This document shows, piece after piece, positions 58,112 to 64,000 of a stretch of 64,000 bases of DNA. Position 1 is the first letter of the stretch. Each line of letters starts with the position of its first letter. Source of the DNA: an uncultured delta proteobacterium. GTDB taxonomy: Bacteria > Myxococcota > Kuafuiibacteriia > Kuafuiibacteriales > Kuafuiibacteriaceae. Under the pieces are notes generated by a model that did not search any database, was not told where the DNA came from, and saw nothing but the letters and a program-made list of their open reading frames with translations. The position numbers and the translations under genes were made by a program. The stretch spans positions 768,001 through 832,000 of the forward strand of contig CAWDML010000001.1 of assembly GCA_963803435.1 (NCBI GenBank). Direction: 5' to 3'.

Positions 58112-59207
58112 GCCGCGGCCTCGGACGAGCGCGACAGGTCCAGCGGGAGCCGGATGTAGAACGTGGTGCCACGGCCGACGATCGATTCGAACGTGAGCGA
58201 GCCGCCGTGTTGCTCGACCACGATGTTGCGCGCGATCGCCAGCCCCTGGCCGGTGCCGCGCCCCACCTCCTTCGTGGTGAAGAAGGGCTCGAAGATCCGG
58301 GTCTGGATGTCCTCCGGGATCCCTCCGCCCGTGTCCGAGATCTCGACGATCGCCTCATCGCCCTCGCAGTAGCTCTTGACGCGGATCGTCCCGCGGGACT
58401 TCGTGCTCGGCCCACCCGAGTCCTCGATGGCCTGCGCGGCGTTGACGATCAGGTTCAGGAACACCTGGTTCAGCGAGCTGAGATGGCAAACCACGGGCGG
58501 GACCTCGCCGAGCTCCACCTCCACGTCGGCGACGTACTTGTACTCGTTGCGCGTCACGGTCAGCGTCGACCGCAGGGCTTCATTCAGATCCATCGCATCC
58601 TTCTTGGCGCGCTCCGGATGCGCAAACGTCTTCATGGCCTTGACGATGTCGGCGACCCTCCGGATGCCCTCGTGCGCGCGGGAGACGGCCTCCGGACCCT
58701 CCTGTTGTTGGTACTCGATGTCCGCGAGGTCGCGCGCCTCCTCGAGCGCGGCCCTCTGCTCTTCGGAGAGCGCGGCCTCGTACGTCTGGATGAGCGCGAA
58801 CGCGCTGCTGAGACAGGACTCGAGGAAGTACAGGCTGTCCCCCACGTACTGAATGGGCGTGTTGATCTCGTGCGCGATGCCCGCCGCCAGGCGTCCCACC
58901 GCTTCCAGCTTCTGGGCCTGCCGCAGCTCGAGCTCGACCTTCTTGCGCTCCTCGACCTCGACCCGAAGCTCGTTGAGCACGCCCTCGAGCTCGACCGAGC
59001 GCTGCTCCAGATTGGCGTTGAGCTGGTGCATCTCGCGGGACGCCAATCGAAGGAGCGCTCGGAGGTGTAGCGATCGTTGTCGGCGTCGGTGTAGGTCCGT
59101 ACGACGGTGTCGAGGAAGACGCGCCACTGTTCCGGGGAGGTCGGGCCTCGATCGGGATCGATCCCCGCATGTCGGAGCTGGCGGCGCGCCAAGGAGTGCA
59201 CGATCAT
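58108..59207 (-). CDS. Sensor histidine kinase, frameshift near 59045
   Basis: MIVHSLARRQL..ERSF, then LASREM..AHEINTP, NLIVNAAQA, DTGGGI, FFTTK..GTGQGL; one base missing at ~59045. Confidence 0.88.
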
Positions 59208-60334
59208 CCCTCGCTGATCGTCGTGAGGGTCATCGTCTGGTTGTGGAGCTCGCACTTCCCGACGCCGTAGGGCGACAGCTCGCCGTAGGAGTAGAACCCG
59301 ATCTGCTGCGTTCCTGCGGGGAGCACGTCGAGGATCGCCTCCGTCTCCTCCTCGCTTCGCTGTCCCAGGACGAGCCGGCGGCCGACGCAGCTGATCGCGA
59401 TCGAGAGGCACGGACCGCTCATCTCCGCCCCGCCGAGCCTCGCCGCCTCGGACGCGCCTTCGACCAACCGATCGAAGTTCGCCCGCATCAGCTGAGCGAG
59501 CCAGCCCTGCGGGAGGTCGCCGGCGAACGTCATCGACTGCGCCTCCTCGCTCACGGACAACACGGTCCGCACCAGGCTACTCTTCGCGTCGCGGCTCTCA
59601 CGGATCTCCAGCGGAAAGAGCAGCGCCGTCGCCGGGAGACCGGAAGCACGCTCGCCGAGGTACTCCTTGTAGAGCTCCAGCGCGGGCTTGCCGTCCAGCT
59701 CGAAGAGCACGTTCCCCTCGGAGCGAGTGATCGATCGCTCCGGGCCGAACAGGTCCCATCCACCCTTCGAACCATGACCGACGCGGACCGAGTCGCCGTA
59801 CAGTCCGACCGCGCTCACGATGTTCAATCTCGGCACACCGCCGTCGAGGACCCAGGTGCGCTGAAAGCGGGGCCCGTCCCCGGCCAGCCCCCCGGTGACC
59901 ACCACCGAGTCGGGGAGCACCGAGTTGATCCCGCGCGCCAGCTCGCTGCCGTTGACGGCCAGGCCCTCGCTCAGCAACGTCACCGCGCGCAGGTCGGGAG
60001 CGGCGAGCGCAGCGCCGATCCTCGCGCCGGCGTCGAACGACCCGGAGGCGGAGGCCACCGGGAACGCCGCCGACCGCACCTGCGTCCGCTCGAACCGAAC
60101 CACCGCGAGCGCCAGGCTGTCGTCGAAGACCCGCGTTCCGAAGATCTCACCGGCCGTGGAGCATCCGACCAGCGTCGAGCGCGGGAGCGCCTCCCGGATG
60201 GCCTCGAAGGGCTGCCTCCGATCCGCAAACCCGGGTGATCCGAACACGATCGCCAGCGTCTGCTCGGAGTCGAGCGCCGCGGGGATGGGATCGTCCCACC
60301 GTTCGCTCAGGAACGCGCGCGTCTCGAGCTTCAT
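59204..60334 (-). CDS. FIST-domain (NosP-like) sensor protein
   Basis: GCSTAGEI, GGLAGDG, GSKGGW..FG, ELDGKPAL, SCVGRR, GFYSYGE, LHNQTM. Confidence 0.93.
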   Translation of the reverse strand: MKLETRAFLSERWDDPIPAALDSEQTLAIVFGSPGFADRRQPFEAIREALPRSTLVGCSTAGEIFGTRVFDDSLALAVVRFERTQVRSAAFPVASASGSFDAGARIGAALAAPDLRAVTLLSEGLAVNGSELARGINSVLPDSVVVTGGLAGDGPRFQRTWVLDGGVPRLNIVSAVGLYGDSVRVGHGSKGGWDLFGPERSITRSEGNVLFELDGKPALELYKEYLGERASGLPATALLFPLEIRESRDAKSSLVRTVLSVSEEAQSMTFAGDLPQGWLAQLMRANFDRLVEGASEAARLGGAEMSGPCLSIAISCVGRRLVLGQRSEEETEAILDVLPAGTQQIGFYSYGELSPYGVGKCELHNQTMTLTTISEG

Positions 60335-60417
60335 CCATTTCGATATCGGTCACACTCGCCACACCTTGAGCCCGGTCGCTCATGTCGGGTGTGCGCCGGC
60401 GCGGACCGGAGTCGGCT

Positions 60418-61374
60418 TCACTTCGCCGACGGGCGACTCTGCTCGACGATCGTGCCGGAGCGACCGGAGAGCGCGGCCTCCAGAGTCGCCGGATCACACA
60501 CGATCGAGCGGCGCCCGATCTTCGATTCGGCGAAGATCGCGGCGGCCTCCATCTTCGGCGCCATGCTGCCGGGGGGGAACTGGCCCTCGGCGAGCAGACG
60601 GCGCACCTCCGCCGGGGTCGCGCGCGGCAGCGGGCGTTGGGTCGGCTTACCGAAGTCGACGTACGCGCACGGCACGCCGGTGAGAATGACCAGCAGCTCG
60701 GCGTTGACCCGATCGGCGAGCAGCGCCGACGTGAAGTCCTTGTCGATCACCGCCTCGACGCCGCGCAGCCCGTCGTGCTGCCGCACCACCGGGATCCCGC
60801 CGCCCCCAGCCGCGATCACCAGCACGCCGAGCGAGAGCAGCGCCTCGATCACGCTGGCCTCGATCACCTCGAGCGGTCTCGGCGAGGGGACGACACGCCG
60901 GTAGCCCCGGCCAGAGTCCTCGACCACGGGCAGGCCCTCGCGCTCGAGCCGTCTCGCCTCGGCTTCTTCGAGGAACGGTCCGATCGGTTTGGTCGGCCGA
61001 TCGAAGGCCGGGTCGTCCGGATCGACCTCGACCTGCGTGATGACACCCGCCACCTGGCGATCGATCCCGAGCTCCGAGAGCAGGTTGTACATCGTCTGCT
61101 GGATGACGTAGCCGAGCTCGCCCTCCGACTCCGCGACACAGACCTCGAGCGGCAGGTTGTACGCGGAGCCCAGCGCGTTCTCGACCCGGATCAACATGTG
61201 GCCGACCTGTGGTCCGTTCCCGTGGCCGATCAACAGCTGATAGTCGTGGCTGAGCAGAGGGATCAGCTGGCGCAAGGCAACTTGCGCGAACTCGAACTGT
61301 CCCTCCATGGTCAGATGCCCCCCGGGAGGGACGAACGCATTGCCGCCCAGGCAGGTCACCACGCGGGTCGCCAT
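60418..61374 (-). CDS. arcC: Carbamate kinase
   Basis: LGGNA, HGNGPQVG, PTKPIGPF, GYRRVVPSP, GGGGIPV, AVIDKD, GSMAPK. Confidence 0.93.
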   Translation of the reverse strand: MATRVVTCLGGNAFVPPGGHLTMEGQFEFAQVALRQLIPLLSHDYQLLIGHGNGPQVGHMLIRVENALGSAYNLPLEVCVAESEGELGYVIQQTMYNLLSELGIDRQVAGVITQVEVDPDDPAFDRPTKPIGPFLEEAEARRLEREGLPVVEDSGRGYRRVVPSPRPLEVIEASVIEALLSLGVLVIAAGGGGIPVVRQHDGLRGVEAVIDKDFTSALLADRVNAELLVILTGVPCAYVDFGKPTQRPLPRATPAEVRRLLAEGQFPPGSMAPKMEAAAIFAESKIGRRSIVCDPATLEAALSGRSGTIVEQSRPSAK

Positions 61375-61434
61375 CACGCTTCCGGGAGAGCGCATCTGGC
61401 CTGGTGCGTGTGCGGGGGTCAAGCAGACGCTCAA

Positions 61435-61462
61435 TTGACGCGCTGTTCGGGCGAGGTATGCT
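61435..61462 (+). promoter_or_regulatory. Sigma70-like promoter TTGACG-N16-TATGCT, probably leaderless into GTG 61469
   Basis: Near-consensus -35 and -10; the start codon is 6 nt after the -10. Confidence 0.6.
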
Positions 61463-61468
61463 CCGGCC

Positions 61469-62296
61469 GTGCATGATCGCTACCAGCAGATCTTGTCGGA
61501 ATATCGACCCTACGTGGTGTCCACCCCCAGCCTCCGCGATCGGATGAACCTCGAGCCGCTCGGCCAGCGGCTCAACGTCGAGCACGTCTACTCCTCCCTC
61601 CACATGTCGAGCGGGCCGTTCCTCGATCTGATCCAGCACCTCGACTCCCGCTGCTACACGGTGCTGCAGATGCGGATGCCACGCTGGGCGTTCTACGACT
61701 GCGGAGAGCTCCCCGGCGCCATCATCGGTCTCGGCCGTCGCGCCGCCGAGCTGGGACCGGAGGTGCTCCGCGCCCTCGAGGTCCCGGAGGATTACACCGG
61801 CCTGGTTCCGCTCACCATGTTCGTCGCCATCCCGACGCTCGAGGCGGGCCACTGGCTCGGGCACACGATCAACTCGATCCGCGAGGTCATGGACGCCGGG
61901 CCCACCGAGGGCGCGCGGCGCTTGACCGTCGCGATCGCGCTTTCGGCGCTCCGCGCCGTGCGCTTCACCGCCACCACGCAGTGGGCCTCGGATCAGCTCG
62001 ACGTGATCGCGCACTTCGGTCCGCTCGAGCTCCTGGCCGCCTGGGTGCCGCAGCACGACAAGCCTGGAACCTGCGTGGTGCGCGCCGAGTGCGACGAGGC
62101 CAAGCTGGACCGCGCGCTCTCGTCGGATCCGCCCACGGCGCGCTTCAGCCGGGTGGTCGATCCCGACAACGAGACTGCGTTGATCGGGCTCCACCAGGAC
62201 ATCGAGGCCGGCAGCCGGGTCTTCGTCAGCAGCGTCACCTTCGAGCGCAACGGCGGTCGTCGTGTGCCCCTTCGCTACGAGGAGGTCGGGCCGTGA
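61469..62296 (+). CDS. Hypothetical protein, paralog 1 (possible degenerate GNAT fold)
   Basis: Shares MPRW.F..ELP, VPEDY.GLVP..MF.AIP, TQW and GPLEL..AW.P.H with the next gene. Confidence 0.75.
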   Translation: MHDRYQQILSEYRPYVVSTPSLRDRMNLEPLGQRLNVEHVYSSLHMSSGPFLDLIQHLDSRCYTVLQMRMPRWAFYDCGELPGAIIGLGRRAAELGPEVLRALEVPEDYTGLVPLTMFVAIPTLEAGHWLGHTINSIREVMDAGPTEGARRLTVAIALSALRAVRFTATTQWASDQLDVIAHFGPLELLAAWVPQHDKPGTCVVRAECDEAKLDRALSSDPPTARFSRVVDPDNETALIGLHQDIEAGSRVFVSSVTFERNGGRRVPLRYEEVGP

Positions 62297-63135
62297 GTCT
62301 CCACCCCAACAACCCGCAGCTGCTTCCGGATCTCGAGCTCTTCGTGGTGGCGACGCGCGAGAATCTGCAGTGCTTCGATCGGGCGCCGTTCGGGCTCGAG
62401 CTGAAGCCGGCCAACGTGTTCGATCCCCTGCGGATGAGCTCGCACGGCTTCCTCGAGCTCCTCAAGCGCCTCGACGAGGTGACGTTCGGCCCCGAGGGCA
62501 TGCCGATGCCTCGCTGGGTCTTCTTCGCGGGCTCGGAGCTGCCCGCCGGCATCGTCGGGTTCGGCCGGCCGCTGGCCCGCATGCGCGACGCCGGCCGGAA
62601 GCTTTTCGGGGTGCCCGAGGACTACCGGGGCCTGGTCCCGTACTCGATGTTCATCGCCATCCCCATGTCGGAGCCCGGAACCTGGATGGGTCACAACCTG
62701 GCCAGCGTCGCCTCGCTGCTCCCCGACGAGAACCTGGAGGGCCTGGGCAGCCTGACGAAGGCGGTGGCGCTCCGCGTCTACCGGACCCGTTGGCAGGTGG
62801 GCGCCACGCAGTGGGACACCCATGCTCTGACGGTCCATACGCGGCTGGGCCCGCTCGAGCTGATCACCGCCTGGACACCCGCCCACGGGGAGCCCTGGAC
62901 GCTGACGTACCGGGCCACCATCGACGACGACACGCTCAAGAACCTCGCGCGCGATCCCGACGGAAAGGTGGTCCGCCCCAAGACGGACTTCTGGATCGAC
63001 AGCGCCGACCACGAGGCGATGAAGGCGCTCCAGATCCGGATTGAGACCGGCGAGCGCTTCTGCATCACCGACCGACCCGAGTCGATCGGCCCGCACCGGC
63101 AGCGCGTCCCCATCGCGAAGCTCACCGCGAGGTAG
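62293..63135 (+). CDS. Hypothetical protein, paralog 2 (possible GNAT fold)
   Basis: GTGA overlap with paralog 1; same motifs plus LEGLGSLTKAVAL, resembling GNAT motif A. Confidence 0.75.
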   Translation: MSLHPNNPQLLPDLELFVVATRENLQCFDRAPFGLELKPANVFDPLRMSSHGFLELLKRLDEVTFGPEGMPMPRWVFFAGSELPAGIVGFGRPLARMRDAGRKLFGVPEDYRGLVPYSMFIAIPMSEPGTWMGHNLASVASLLPDENLEGLGSLTKAVALRVYRTRWQVGATQWDTHALTVHTRLGPLELITAWTPAHGEPWTLTYRATIDDDTLKNLARDPDGKVVRPKTDFWIDSADHEAMKALQIRIETGERFCITDRPESIGPHRQRVPIAKLTAR

Positions 63136-63197
63136 AAGCCCACTCGCCGACGTGCTAGGACCGGCCCCGCGCGGCTGCGCAGGAGGAAGGTTCAGCA

Positions 63198-63719
63198 ATG
63201 ATGGGTGGCTTCGTACATCTCGAGCTCAGCACGGACAACGTCAAGAAGGCCAAGTCGTTCTACTCGAAGGTCTTCGGTTGGCAGACCACGGATCTCGACA
63301 TGGCGGGAGGATCGTACACGATGCTCTCGGTTCAGAACCCGGGCGGAGGCATGATGCCGAAGCCGATGGCCGACGCTCCGACGATGTGGCTCCCGTACAT
63401 CGCCGTCGACGACGTCAAGAAGACGACGAAGGACGTCGAGAAGGCGGGCGGCACCACGCTCGTCCCCTTCGTCGGCGCAGAAGGGTTCGGCGAGGGCGCG
63501 ATCTTCGTCGACCCCACCGGCGCCACCTTCGGCGTCTGGAAGTCACTCCGCGAAGCGAGCAACGGAGCCGAGGCCTCCACCGCGACCAAGGCCACCAAGA
63601 AGAAGGCGGCCAAGAAGAAGAGCACCAAGAAGGCGGGGAAGAAGAAGGCCGCCGTCAAGAAGACCGCCGCCAAGAAGACCGCCGGGAAGAAGAAGGCGAA
63701 GCGCAAGTCGAAGCGTTAG
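63198..63719 (+). CDS. VOC/glyoxalase-family protein with Lys/Ala-rich histone-like tail
   Basis: AGGAGG RBS; FVHLEL..AKSFYSKVFGW, WLPYIAVDDV, DPTGATFGVW; tail KKKAAKKKSTKKAGKKK. Confidence 0.9.
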   Translation: MMGGFVHLELSTDNVKKAKSFYSKVFGWQTTDLDMAGGSYTMLSVQNPGGGMMPKPMADAPTMWLPYIAVDDVKKTTKDVEKAGGTTLVPFVGAEGFGEGAIFVDPTGATFGVWKSLREASNGAEASTATKATKKKAAKKKSTKKAGKKKAAVKKTAAKKTAGKKKAKRKSKR

Positions 63720-63799
63720 CGAGCGTGCTGGCGCGGAGCAAGTCTCCTATGCCTCGCGCCGCCTCCGGCGTCGCTCGCGACGGCCCTTCGGGCCGATCG

Positions 63800-64000
63800 G
63801 TCGTACCCGGTCGAGCTTGCTTTGCAGGGCAGCCCGCTTCTGCGCGCGGTCCCTGTTTTGCCCGTCCGAGTTCCCCTTGGCCGACTCCCTTCCCTCCACT
63901 CGCTCCGCCAGCGGTGACGCATCATCGCCTTTGTTCGCGAGCTTCCCAGGTAGTACGGAGTCGTCCGACTTCCCGCCGCCGTTCATCGCCTCATTGCCCC
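63800..64000 (-). mobile_element. Truncated group II intron fragment (RNA domains upstream of the RT ORF plus the first RT codons)
   Basis: Minus strand reads GAAGTCGGAC..GTACTACC..GAAG..GCGAACAA..GCGGAG..GTGGAGGGAAGGG..CCAAGGGGAA, translating as GKSD.SV.P.K.ANK..AERVEGR..AKGN..LDRVR. This is typical of the group II intron IEP leader; the RT domain is absent after LDRVR. Confidence 0.75.

Noticed and set aside
1-64000. rRNA/tRNA genes or prophage
   Set aside because: No such signatures seen; nearly all sequence is accounted for by protein-coding genes.

Overview
GC-rich bacterial DNA whose gene content (many Cys-rich lipoproteins, four Ser/Thr kinases, a Myxococcales-type ECF sigma factor) suggests Myxococcota; this is an inference, since no marker gene is present. 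The main feature is a tightly coupled six-gene operon at 5300-13907: a small protein, a soluble AAA+/M41 (FtsH-like) protease, a small His-rich protein, a 1114-aa helical protein, a MoxR/RavA ATPase and a degenerate vWA-like protein. It matches the computationally predicted 'FtsH ternary' conflict-system architecture and continues into a lipoprotein gene and thyA-folA. Housekeeping and metabolic genes include bioB-A-D-F, hutF, tkt, a double PPK2 (pap), ppgK, carbamate kinase, an aldo-keto reductase and a rhomboid protease. Signalling loci include FIST-histidine kinase-HDOD regulator, a zinc-ribbon kinase with a PP2C phosphatase, and an ECF sigma / WD40 kinase / Cu-monooxygenase / YUCCA-like FMO run. 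A ~2 kb decayed mobile island (31712-33662) holds a Rep-like fragment and a CTAG-ended ~70-bp inverted-repeat element carrying an IS1182 remnant and a four-helix-bundle pseudogene. A truncated group II intron fragment lies at the right edge. Four otherwise intact genes have single-base frameshifts, most likely assembly errors. No rRNA, tRNA or CRISPR array was seen. All family calls come from motif recognition, not database searches.
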